This document shows, piece after piece, positions 20,491 to 29,634 of a stretch of DNA of 64,000 nt. This DNA comes from Oligoflexales bacterium. GTDB taxonomy: Bacteria; Bdellovibrionota_B; Oligoflexia; Oligoflexales; JAPPIL01. The notes below the pieces were generated by a model that saw only the letters and a list, made by a program, of their open reading frames with translations, made no database searches and was not told the DNA's origin. How positions within the stretch are numbered: position 1 is the first letter of the stretch; the number at the start of each line of letters is the position of its first letter. The stretch is taken from NCBI GenBank assembly GCA_965215515.1, contig OZ244057.1:1152001-1216000 (forward strand). The letters run 5' to 3'. A program made the position numbers and the translations under genes.

Positions 20491-21900
20491 ATGAGACAAC
20501 GTGTAGTAACTCTTATCCTCGTCGTTTTAGCAGTAGTGGCTTGTGGTGAGGATACACAACATTCGACTCCATCGTTTATCTCCAACGACCACCACTTCGG
20601 TGAGGGTAATCAGTATGTGCGCATGTTCACCGAGCATGTGCACGACGAAACCTGGCACATAACCTACACGGCGGAAGTGGAACGAGATTTTGAAGCGGCG
20701 CTTACTATCGCTTTGCAGACCTGGTTGCAACCTCTACGTGAGATAGAGCTGAATAGAGATATCGTCGATGATTTCGAATTTTATCGCAGCAACGCTATCG
20801 ATACGCTCGGCACTAACACCATCGCCTGGGACGATGTTCTCTTCAGATCTCGGTTTACTGCAGGCAGCGGTGGCGACAAAGCGGGACTTTACGAATCAAC
20901 ATACTTTCCACCACAAGGGGTTTTTTTCCCACCGATACCCGACCTACCCCGCGACTTACCACTGCTCACCGTGTTCGAGGTCGATGAAACTGCCACCGAT
21001 ATTACCACGGATTCCTACTTCATGTTCGTCCTCATGCACGAGGTGGGACACGGTTTCGGTTTAGCCGACACCTACGCAAGTTTCAACGCTGACGGCACTG
21101 TAAATAGACAGGGCAATCAACCTGTATCGGTGATGGCAGGTGACTACGTAGCATTCGCTTACCCGCCCATCCTCGCCGCGGACGAAAGAGTAGAACTGGC
21201 TAGCGATGACATCAGAGGCTTGCTGTGGACGTACAAACGCGTCACGGGAGATGTCGATGACATAACCGACTGCGGCGAAGACTACGAATACGAGAACTCG
21301 CCGCGCGGCTGCATCCCCAGCACGCCTCCCGAACCTCCGCCCCCTGAACCACCGCCTCCCGAACCTCCGACTCCCGAACCTCCGCCTCCCGAACCACCGC
21401 CTCCCGAGCCTCCGACTCCCGAGCCTCCGACTCCCGAGCCTCCGACTCCCGAGCCTCCGACTCCCGAACCACCGACCACTTGTGCCGCTAACCCTTGTGC
21501 TGACACTTGCTTGGTAGGGTGCATCTATCGCAGCTGCGGTCGCAGTTACGCCAACCCCGACACACGCTACCGCACTTCCTGCTATAGCAAGAATACCCGA
21601 CAGTGGTGTGGCAGTGCGGGGCGAGGACGCAACGATGTTTGCCGCAAAAAACTACCCGCACAAGAACCACCATCCACCAAACCACGCCCACCTGCCAGCG
21701 ACGACAGACATGCCGTCCAGTGCTGTGAGGAGGAGTTCAGTTGCACCGCCTGGCCTGGCAGGGCAGACATCTTTCTATGTCGCGCGGCCCAGGAAGATGA
21801 GATACTGCCCATTCACCCGTCACCCTGCTGCCAACCCTATGCCTACGAGTGCGACAGCTGGCCAGGGCGAGCGAGTGCCGCGCTATGTTTTGGTCTCTGA
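20491..21900 (+). CDS. Metzincin-type Zn-metalloprotease lipoprotein with Pro-rich linker and Cys-rich tail
   Basis: VVAC lipobox; HEVGHGFGLAD; SVM Met-turn. Confidence 0.8.
   Translation: MRQRVVTLILVVLAVVACGEDTQHSTPSFISNDHHFGEGNQYVRMFTEHVHDETWHITYTAEVERDFEAALTIALQTWLQPLREIELNRDIVDDFEFYRSNAIDTLGTNTIAWDDVLFRSRFTAGSGGDKAGLYESTYFPPQGVFFPPIPDLPRDLPLLTVFEVDETATDITTDSYFMFVLMHEVGHGFGLADTYASFNADGTVNRQGNQPVSVMAGDYVAFAYPPILAADERVELASDDIRGLLWTYKRVTGDVDDITDCGEDYEYENSPRGCIPSTPPEPPPPEPPPPEPPTPEPPPPEPPPPEPPTPEPPTPEPPTPEPPTPEPPTTCAANPCADTCLVGCIYRSCGRSYANPDTRYRTSCYSKNTRQWCGSAGRGRNDVCRKKLPAQEPPSTKPRPPASDDRHAVQCCEEEFSCTAWPGRADIFLCRAAQEDEILPIHPSPCCQPYAYECDSWPGRASAALCFGL
21328..21477 (+). repeat. 15-bp coding tandem repeat x10 (PEPPP/PEPPT)
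   Basis: Directly visible. Confidence 0.95.
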
Positions 21901-21925
21901 AAAATTGCTGCCCACGACCGCCTTG

Positions 21926-24247
21926 TCAGTGCGGCACCGCGATGCCTGTAGCCCCCCATATCCGCAGAGGGACACGTAACTTGTCGCATACGGCACGCAT
22001 GTCCTGTGCTGGCGCGGGGACGGCGATGACCTCCGTAGCGCGTCCTAACAACAAGCGACACCAGGCACAGGTGCGCAGCCACTCCACTGCGGTAGTGTGT
22101 GGCGCGGCGAGCACCCACACGCGCGGAGGTTGCTCCCCCTCTCGCCAAGATAGCAGACGTGTCATAAGCTGCCCTCGCTGTTCCATGTCGTCAAAGTTTT
22201 CCACCTGCAACGTCGCTACGGTGCTGACCTCGGCAGTACAGTTGCGCAAGCTGGTTGCACACAAGTTGTCGCGCCGCAGACGCACGGCCAAGTCCAGCAA
22301 GCTGCTGAGTGCGAGTTCTCTGAGGTGTGCTTGTTCGATAGGCAGATTGCATGGAGCAGGTTGGGTGGTAACACGCAAAGACTCGTAGAGCGAATCGCGT
22401 TCCACCGCCGTCTTCCCAGCCGCCGCGATCATTGCCGTTAGGCGTTGTTCAGGCAAAACTCTGCCTGCACGTCCCCCCGCCATGTGCGAAATTTTTTCGT
22501 CTTCCACCGTGCCGTCAAGATCGTTCGCTCCCCCATGCAAGGCGAGCTGGGCAATTTCCGCCCCTAGCATTACCCAATAAGCCTTGATGTGGCGAAAGTT
22601 GTGCAGCAACAAGCGTGCGATGGCCACAGTTTTCAAGTCATCGCCCCCACACGTGTAGTTGTCGATGCCCATGTCGTTGCCTTGCGGTTGAAAGGCCAGC
22701 GGAATAAAAACGTTGAACCCTCCTGTCTCCTCTTGTAGCGTGCGCAGCCGCAGCATGTGGTCGACCCGCTGGGTGTAGGTTTCGATGTGGCCGTACAGCA
22801 TGGTGGCATTGGAGCGCAGACCTAATCTGTGCGCGGTGCGGTGCACATGCAGCCAGGTCTCAGCATCGACTTTTGTGTCGCAAATTTTGCTACGCACTTC
22901 GGGGTGGAAAATTTCCGCCCCTCCGCCAGGCAACGATCCTAACCCCGCGGCCTGCAAATCACGCAACACCTTCTCGATGCTCTTGCGTCCTCGCCGTGCC
23001 ATCCATTCCACTTCGACCGCGGTGTAGGCTTTGATGTGCAGGGCGGGGGCTGCTTGTTTGACTGCTGCCACCAAGTTAAGCATGTCGTCGTAACGCCAGC
23101 GCGGGTGCAGACCGCCGACGAGGTGCACCTCGGTCGCTCCCTGTGCTGATGCCTGTTGTGCGCGCCGTTTAATTTCGTCTTGCGACAGGGCGAACGCACC
23201 TTCCTCGTTAGGTTTACGAGAGAAAGAGCAGAACTTGCAGCGCAACACACAGATGTTGGTAGGATTGATGTGACGGTTGACGTTGTAGTAAACCTGCTCA
23301 CCGTTGCGCATGCGGTTAATTTCATCGGCTAAACGCATAACTGCGAGCAACTCGGCTTGTTCGAATAAATAAACTGCCTCTTCTCGCGTCAATATCCCTC
23401 CCGCGCGCAGTTTAGCGGTGATCGCGGACGTTTCTAACCTAGGCTGGCCATGCCACAGAAACTCCAGACCTTGCCTCGTTCTGTCATCGAGTTGCAGGGT
23501 CTGAGCGTTGACATAGCGTGCGATATAGACATCGCCCAAGGTGGTGTCGAGGCGCGTCGCAGCTTTCTCCGTCGCGGCGCGCACAGTTTCTTGGCGATGT
23601 GCCAATCCGTACTCGATACTGGTTCGCAACAAGGCCGTGATCCGCTGTCGTGTGCCCCATGGCAGGCGTTGCGCGATGACGTTGACCCCCAAGGGTAGGG
23701 GCAATTCATACCGTTCTTGCCATACCGCACCGAGATCGAGCAGACATGTCAGACCGTGCTGGGCGTAGGTGAGCTGTAGTTCATGAATGACCACCCCCGC
23801 CTCGGCTTCGCCTTCCAACACCGCGGCTACGATATGCAGAGAAGGCCGTGGCAGCGCGTCAAATTCGGGCAAGATGCGCCGCAAGGCCAGGTAGGCTGTG
23901 GTCTGCAGGCCTGGCACGGCGACACGTTTGCCGCGCAGCTGTCGCCAATCGGATTTATTCTTTTTGGCGATGACGATCGGCCCCGTAGTTTCAGCCACGC
24001 TTGTGCCGACATCGAGCAATTGGTAATGATGCGAGACACGGGGGTAAGACGCAGCGCTGATTGCACTGACATCGAATGTGCCTTGCACGGCCCTGTCGTT
24101 AAGTTCCTGAATGTCGCCGCGGTAGAAAGTAAACACGAAGTTTTCCCACGCGATTTTTTGGTTTTCCAGTGCCCACAGCATGAAAGCATCATCGCTGTCT
24201 GCGCTGTAGGCAATGCTGAGATGTTTGGGGTCAGAGGATGATCTCAT
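21926..24247 (-). CDS. mqnE: Fused MqnD-like + aminofutalosine synthase MqnE, with a degenerate C-terminal extension
   Basis: SADSDDAFML, DIQELN, IHELQLTY, LPLPLG (MqnA/D family); NRHINPTNICVLRCKFCSF, IKAYTAVE, PGGGAEIF, HIKAYWVMLG (MqnE). Confidence 0.85.
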   Translation of the reverse strand: MRSSSDPKHLSIAYSADSDDAFMLWALENQKIAWENFVFTFYRGDIQELNDRAVQGTFDVSAISAASYPRVSHHYQLLDVGTSVAETTGPIVIAKKNKSDWRQLRGKRVAVPGLQTTAYLALRRILPEFDALPRPSLHIVAAVLEGEAEAGVVIHELQLTYAQHGLTCLLDLGAVWQERYELPLPLGVNVIAQRLPWGTRQRITALLRTSIEYGLAHRQETVRAATEKAATRLDTTLGDVYIARYVNAQTLQLDDRTRQGLEFLWHGQPRLETSAITAKLRAGGILTREEAVYLFEQAELLAVMRLADEINRMRNGEQVYYNVNRHINPTNICVLRCKFCSFSRKPNEEGAFALSQDEIKRRAQQASAQGATEVHLVGGLHPRWRYDDMLNLVAAVKQAAPALHIKAYTAVEVEWMARRGRKSIEKVLRDLQAAGLGSLPGGGAEIFHPEVRSKICDTKVDAETWLHVHRTAHRLGLRSNATMLYGHIETYTQRVDHMLRLRTLQEETGGFNVFIPLAFQPQGNDMGIDNYTCGGDDLKTVAIARLLLHNFRHIKAYWVMLGAEIAQLALHGGANDLDGTVEDEKISHMAGGRAGRVLPEQRLTAMIAAAGKTAVERDSLYESLRVTTQPAPCNLPIEQAHLRELALSSLLDLAVRLRRDNLCATSLRNCTAEVSTVATLQVENFDDMEQRGQLMTRLLSWREGEQPPRVWVLAAPHTTAVEWLRTCAWCRLLLGRATEVIAVPAPAQDMRAVCDKLRVPLRIWGATGIAVPH

Positions 24248-25196
24248 GTACACGCTCCGTGCCGTAGAGGTTTTTGATTTTGTGCAGCTGTGTCTGTGCT
24301 TGTAGGGGGTGTAACAACGACAACACACACCCTCCACCCCCCGCTCCTGTCGATTTGGCCGCGGGGACACCCAGGGCTTTGACGGTTTCGATAATCTCAA
24401 TCAAGTGTGCAGTGGTAATGCCCGCGGCACGCAGCATCACGTCTACCTTGTTCATCGCGAGTGCTACGGGTTCGAGTTTACCCCGTGTCAAGGCGCTAGC
24501 GACGGTGCGGGCATGTTGCGAAAATTTTCTCAAACTGCCTCGCTCCCGCTGAAACCACGGCAAGGCACGGTTAATCATCGCGAGGGTTGAAGCACGCACC
24601 CCGCTGTCGATCAGCACAAACCGCCACGGGTGACGACCGCCTGCGAGGGGGGTGATGTTTATCCTGTAGGGGGCGTGATTTTTCTGAAAGAGAAGCGGTG
24701 CTGCACATGCGGCGACGGCGGTGTCCAGCCCTGAAGGGCTACCGTGAAAACGCAGTTCGAGGTAGTTAGCCAGCCGTGCGACTTGCAGGTCGGTTAGTTT
24801 GCGTCCTGCCCAGCCGCCCAGCAAACGAATCAGAGCCACACTCAAAGCTGCCGATGACCCGAGACCCGCGCCGATCAGCGAGTTGGAGCGAAACTTGATG
24901 GCTAGGGGGAACGGGTTAATTTGTAAAACTTTAAACGCATCGCACACGACATCCTTCAGGTGTTGTAGACGTTGGCGGCTGAGCGGTAGCGAGCCGAGCT
25001 GGAGACGGCAATCTGGTCGGTGACTGGGGGTCATGGTCAACTCGGTGACCAGCGATTTAACGGGGATCGCGACTGCTTGTGCTCCGTAGACGACGGCATG
25101 TTCGCCGACGATGATCGCTTTGCCACAAGCTGCGTGCCTTGTCCGTGTTGCCGCGGTGGAGGGGCTGACGTTAGCGGCGGTGTTGGGGTCGTTCAT
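24231..25196 (-). CDS. mvk: Mevalonate kinase
   Basis: GKAIIVGEHAVVYG, GAGLGSSAA, HGSPSGLD, AKSTGAGGGG. Confidence 0.9.
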   Translation of the reverse strand: MNDPNTAANVSPSTAATRTRHAACGKAIIVGEHAVVYGAQAVAIPVKSLVTELTMTPSHRPDCRLQLGSLPLSRQRLQHLKDVVCDAFKVLQINPFPLAIKFRSNSLIGAGLGSSAALSVALIRLLGGWAGRKLTDLQVARLANYLELRFHGSPSGLDTAVAACAAPLLFQKNHAPYRINITPLAGGRHPWRFVLIDSGVRASTLAMINRALPWFQRERGSLRKFSQHARTVASALTRGKLEPVALAMNKVDVMLRAAGITTAHLIEIIETVKALGVPAAKSTGAGGGGCVLSLLHPLQAQTQLHKIKNLYGTERVHEIIL

Positions 25197-26230
25197 TGTG
25201 GCGCTCCGTTCAAAAGCGGCCCGCGACCGATACGGTCGGTGATCATTCCGTAGTGCGGGTATGCGCTACGGATGGCTGTGACAACGCGCTCCGCCGTGTC
25301 GGCCGCGCACAACACGTGCACGCTCGCACCCGCATCGACAGTGAAGTATGCCACAAAATCTCCGCGTTGCCGAGCTTGTCGTAGCCAAGTCATGAAGGCG
25401 AGGGTCTCTTTGTCGGCGTAGAACAGTGGCGGGGTACTGGTGCTCATTATGTGCTGAAACTCCATCGCCTCTTGCTCAACCAAACTGCCGAGTTGTGCTA
25501 CGTCATGGCAGGCCAAGGCTGCCAGCAGGGCGCGCTGGCGCTCCTGCAACCCCGCGACGCGCAGGGCGAACAGCGGGCTACTGTGTGCTCGCACGTGCCC
25601 CGCACTCGAACTCACTGCCTTCGTTGCCTGTGCGGGGGTTACGATAATATCACATAAACGCAGATAATTCTCGTCTTCAAGTTGGTAAACACGTTGTCGG
25701 GTGGGTGCTGTGCTGCGCTGCCAGTGCACCAGTCCTCCCCAGAAACTGCGGCACGCACTGCCCGATCCTTGCCGTGCTAGGGCTGCAATCCGTGGGCGTG
25801 TCCAACCTGCCGTGGCCAAACCCGTCCAGCTGTGTCGCCCTGTCCAGCAAGCGAGTGCTGCCAAGGTCAGAGCTGCCATGCCGCTAGCACTGCTGGCGAT
25901 ACCGCAGGCGAGCGGGAAGGTGTTGTGGGTTGTGACGCGCAATTTCTGTGTGAAACCACCTGTGGTGCGCAAAAAATCGAGTTGCCTGAAAATTTTTGCG
26001 CCGTGCGGGGCGGTGCTGGGTAAACGTTCCCCTTGCAGATAGACGACATCATCGTCGCCGTCACTCGCTTGCGCTGTCGTAACAGTACGGCAGTGTGTCA
26101 AGGTCATTGAGATGGAGTCGTTGCTCGGCCATTGCTGCACAGGGTCGTCCTTGCCCCAATACTTGAGCAAAGCTATGTTGGCGGGTGCCTCCGCGGTGAT
26201 AGGATTAGCTGTGAGTCCGTGTGTTGCCAT
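25193..26230 (-). CDS. mvaD: Diphosphomevalonate decarboxylase
   Basis: NIALLKYWGK, GIASSASG, ARQGSGSACRS, FTVDAG. Confidence 0.93.
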   Translation of the reverse strand: MATHGLTANPITAEAPANIALLKYWGKDDPVQQWPSNDSISMTLTHCRTVTTAQASDGDDDVVYLQGERLPSTAPHGAKIFRQLDFLRTTGGFTQKLRVTTHNTFPLACGIASSASGMAALTLAALACWTGRHSWTGLATAGWTRPRIAALARQGSGSACRSFWGGLVHWQRSTAPTRQRVYQLEDENYLRLCDIIVTPAQATKAVSSSAGHVRAHSSPLFALRVAGLQERQRALLAALACHDVAQLGSLVEQEAMEFQHIMSTSTPPLFYADKETLAFMTWLRQARQRGDFVAYFTVDAGASVHVLCAADTAERVVTAIRSAYPHYGMITDRIGRGPLLNGAPQ

Positions 26231-26296
26231 GCCCCTATGCTACCATCAGGGGGAGGACGTGCCCAACTAAATAAATATCCCTTTGTTTTTTGTCGC

Positions 26297-26390
26297 TTGC
26301 CGCTTCCTAGCTCCGCCAGGCTTGTTTGCCGCTTCCTAGCTCCTTGCCGCTTCCTAGCTCCTTGCCGCTTCCTAGCTCCGCCAGGCTTGC
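26297..26390. repeat. Intergenic compound repeat: TTGCCGCTTCCTAGCTCC x4 plus GCCAGGCTTG x2
   Basis: Units at 26297, 26326, 26344, 26362. Confidence 0.9.
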
Positions 26391-26600
26391 TTGTAATATC
26401 CTGAATTTACAATGAAAAACATCAAAGAAGAGATCTCCATGTTGCGTAAGATAAACGTCTGGCTTGACTTTTCTATAAAATAATGTTACAAGAGACCCAC
26501 AAGGCAGAGAGGGGTGTGATATTCTTTCGGGTTTTATGTGACATGGGCGGTTCTTATGTTCCTGGCTTTGGGGTAGCGCTAGTTTTGGAGGCGGGCGTTG

Positions 26601-27083
26601 ATGGAGTTTAAGGTCGGTGATAAGGCGGTGTTCCCCGCCCACGGGGTGGGGGTGGTGAAGAGTGTGGAGTCGCGTGAGATCGGTGGCTCGAAGCAGGACT
26701 TTTACGTGTTGCACATCGTTTCTTCGGGAGCGCGCTTGATGGTGCCCGTCACAGGTTGTTCGCGTGCGGGGATGCGCGGTCTGGTATCAGACGAGGGCAT
26801 CAAGGGCATCTACGATATCTTGAAGACAAGAAGAAAAATCAATCAAACCACGTGGAATCGGCGTTTTCGGGAGTACAACGACAAGCTACGCACGGGGGCG
26901 GTTAACGATGTGGCCGAAGTTTATCGTGATCTGCACTACCTGAAGTCCGACAAGGATTTATCGTGGGGCGAGAAACGCATGCTTGAACGTGCACGGGAGT
27001 TGGTGGTCAGCGAGATAAGCGCGGCCAGCAACCGTGCAACGGTCGAAGTCGAAGAAGAAATAGATCAAGTCTTGCTCGTCTAG
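26601..27083 (+). CDS. carD: CarD/CdnL family transcription regulator
   Basis: FKVGDKAVFPAHGVG, WNRRFREY, KDLSWGEKRML. Confidence 0.93.
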   Translation: MEFKVGDKAVFPAHGVGVVKSVESREIGGSKQDFYVLHIVSSGARLMVPVTGCSRAGMRGLVSDEGIKGIYDILKTRRKINQTTWNRRFREYNDKLRTGAVNDVAEVYRDLHYLKSDKDLSWGEKRMLERARELVVSEISAASNRATVEVEEEIDQVLLV

Positions 27084-27120
27084 CAAGCTTGTTAGCTGTA
27101 ATTTTTCCCTCTGACAAGCC

Positions 27121-27750
27121 TTGAACATTACCAACGTCATGGCCGCCAGCATCGACGGCCACATCGCCGCTGCCCCCGCCGAGAAAGACCCTGAGCGCGT
27201 CGCCAGCGGTTTCGTTACCCCCGCCGACCAGCAGCACGTGCGCGAGGAGCTGTCACGCAGTGATGCCGTAGTGCTCGGTGCTGATACCGTGCGGGCATCA
27301 CCCCGCTTGCTTTCCTGCCGCAACGAGCGCGGGCGTTACCCGATCTGGGTGGTGCTGACGACGCGCGGTATCGTGCGAACTTCACCTTTCTGGAAACTAC
27401 ACCACATCGAACGCTGGTTAATCGCCCCGTCCCAGACGGTAGTGCATGACACGACCAACACCCGCACCTTCGTCTGTCCGCGGCAGGATGCGGCCTCCTT
27501 CGTCGTGACACAACTGCGCCAACACGATTGTCACAGAGTAATATTGTTCGGCGGCGGTGCAATCAACCATCTCTTCTACCGCCAACAACTCGTCGATGAG
27601 CTGAGCCTGACCATCGCACCGACTATCGTCGCCCGTGACGACGCACCACGTCTCGTCAAACCCTCACTACCCGCCGCGGTACGTCTGCAACTGCTCGCCG
27701 TGCGCCGTGTCGATGATCATCTGTTTCTGCGCTATCGCGTGCTGTGCTGA
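27121..27750 (+). CDS. RibD C-terminal-like (pyrimidine reductase/DHFR-fold) protein
   Basis: AASIDG.IA, DAVVLGA.T, FGGG, LVDEL.LTIAP. Confidence 0.8.
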   Translation: MNITNVMAASIDGHIAAAPAEKDPERVASGFVTPADQQHVREELSRSDAVVLGADTVRASPRLLSCRNERGRYPIWVVLTTRGIVRTSPFWKLHHIERWLIAPSQTVVHDTTNTRTFVCPRQDAASFVVTQLRQHDCHRVILFGGGAINHLFYRQQLVDELSLTIAPTIVARDDAPRLVKPSLPAAVRLQLLAVRRVDDHLFLRYRVLC

Positions 27751-28967
27751 TGGCGATGCCAGTTTACATCGCAGGCGGCGGCATAGTGAGCGCAGCGGGT
27801 GCAGGACTGGCAGCTAACTGGCAGGCACTGCGACGCGGGCGCGCTTGTTTCACCTGGCATGAAGACAGGTGGCAAGGCCTCCTACCACCAGAAGCAGAAG
27901 AGGAAGTGAGTCGCATGCGCCACACCAAATTGTTCAGCAAAGCCGATCGTGTGACACTGCTGGCTGCGGTGGCGACCGCACAGCTGCTGGACATCCTGCC
28001 CCCAGAACGCAGCCAACTGGCGGTTATGGCGGCTTCGGCACGAGGCGCGACAGAGCTACTGGAACAAGAACACACCCGTTTTCTACAATACGGCACAACT
28101 TCCGTCACCGCCAGTCCTCACACCACCGCGGGTATGCTCGCCGCCCATCTCAGCAGCTTCATCGCCAGTACAGGTTTAAGTTGCACACTCTCCGCCACCT
28201 GTGCCAGCGGCATGCACGCGCTCGGCAACGCCCTCTTCTACCTCAGGGGCGGCGGCAGCAAACAGGTATTGTGTGTCGCCAGCGAAGCTCCGCTCACCCC
28301 TTTCGTCATGCACATGCTGCGTGCCGCACGCGTGCTCAGCGATGCACCCCGCACCCAAAATTTCCCTCAGCGTCCGCTGCATCAGGAGCGTGACGGCCTG
28401 GTGCTGGCAGAAGGAGCGGCAGCACTGTACCTGTCATGCACAGCGCACCCTCAGGCAGTGCGATTGGCTGGCTACGGCGCGGCACACGAGCAGGGTGTAT
28501 CGCTGACAGGCATTAGCGACAACGGAGACGGCTTAGCGCTAGCCATCACCCGTGCCCTGCAAGATGCTCAGCTGCGTCCCTCCGACATAGACTTGATCAT
28601 CGGGCACGGTGCAGCAACAAGGCGCGGTGACGCGGCTGAACTGCGCGGTCTGGAAAAAGTTTTCGCGGCACACCTACCACCCCTGCGTTTCCACAAATGG
28701 TGTGTCGGACACACCCTAGGCAGCTCGACACTGCTCTCGGTGGTGCTTGCCTGCCAGCAGATGCAAACGGGCGAACACTTCGCCCTGCCCTATCTGCCTC
28801 CTGCGGCACACCCAGCCCTGCACGCTACCCCTCCCTCCCCACCCCAGCATGTGCTCGTGTGCGGACTGGGTTTCGGAGGTAACTGTGCAGCACTGGTGCT
28901 GGCGGGCGATGCCACAAACAAAATTGCATTACCGCCACGTTCGTGCGAGAATAAGACACATGACTAG
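27744..28967 (+). CDS. Beta-ketoacyl-ACP synthase family protein
   Basis: TCASG, LAEGAA, GHGAAT, GHTLG, GFGG; Cys-His-His triad. Confidence 0.88.
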   Translation: MLMAMPVYIAGGGIVSAAGAGLAANWQALRRGRACFTWHEDRWQGLLPPEAEEEVSRMRHTKLFSKADRVTLLAAVATAQLLDILPPERSQLAVMAASARGATELLEQEHTRFLQYGTTSVTASPHTTAGMLAAHLSSFIASTGLSCTLSATCASGMHALGNALFYLRGGGSKQVLCVASEAPLTPFVMHMLRAARVLSDAPRTQNFPQRPLHQERDGLVLAEGAAALYLSCTAHPQAVRLAGYGAAHEQGVSLTGISDNGDGLALAITRALQDAQLRPSDIDLIIGHGAATRRGDAAELRGLEKVFAAHLPPLRFHKWCVGHTLGSSTLLSVVLACQQMQTGEHFALPYLPPAAHPALHATPPSPPQHVLVCGLGFGGNCAALVLAGDATNKIALPPRSCENKTHD

Positions 28968-29160
28968 CCCACACGATAACCCCGCCCTAAACCCGACCGA
29001 CAACAAGCGCAAACTGCCGCTGTCCCGTGACAAACGCGCCCAAAAACTGCGTAAACTCAAGCAACAGATCGAGGACGGTACTTACCGCGTAGACTCCGAT
29101 GCCGTCGCGGAGAAAATAGCTTGCAAACACTTTTCCGCTGACGACAAGGATCAGCATTGA
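28960..29160 (+). CDS. flgM: FlgM-like anti-sigma-28 factor (short)
   Basis: RAQKLRKLKQQIEDGTYRVDSDAVAEKI; ATG overlaps the KS end. Confidence 0.7.
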   Translation: MTSPHDNPALNPTDNKRKLPLSRDKRAQKLRKLKQQIEDGTYRVDSDAVAEKIACKHFSADDKDQH

Positions 29161-29302
29161 CCGCACGAGAACAGCGACGGTCGGCTGACGAGACTTAACC
29201 TCAGTGCGAAAAAGTTTCGTAGACAGGTGTATGGTGGGTTGCTTTTTGCTTATGACGTTGTTAGGCTGCGCCCTGTCTTAAGGTGAAAGGACAGGCGGTA
29301 GC

Positions 29303-29572
29303 GTGGCTTTATCAGGCGAAGACAGAAGCTCTATCATCGGCAAATTTCAGCGGCGAACTTACGACACGGCTTCGCCCGCGGTGCAGATAGCGCTGCTGAC
29401 AGCCAGATTGCAGTACCTGAACGAGCATTTCAAGAAACACGCACGCGACCACCATTCCCGTCGCGGCCTGCTGAAGATGGTAGGTAAGAGGCGACGGTTG
29501 TTGGCGTATTTGCGTCGCACGGACAGCGAACGTTATCGTGCCGTGCTGTCCGAGTTGGGCTTGCGCAAGTAG
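29303..29572 (+). CDS. rpsO: 30S ribosomal protein S15
   Basis: [32 protein letters not shown]. Confidence 0.97.
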   Translation: MALSGEDRSSIIGKFQRRTYDTASPAVQIALLTARLQYLNEHFKKHARDHHSRRGLLKMVGKRRRLLAYLRRTDSERYRAVLSELGLRK

Positions 29573-29634
29573 CGGTCGCGGCTGGTAGTGGCGTTTCTCC
29601 TCGACAAGCAACAAACACACATGGAGGTCTTAAG

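Noticed and set aside
21242..21524. Minus-strand ORFs with RESEA or GGSG repeats
   Set aside because: Antisense shadows of the PEPP repeat
26297..26390. Possible mini-CRISPR
   Set aside because: 18-bp units are mostly directly adjacent, with no unique spacers and no cas genes
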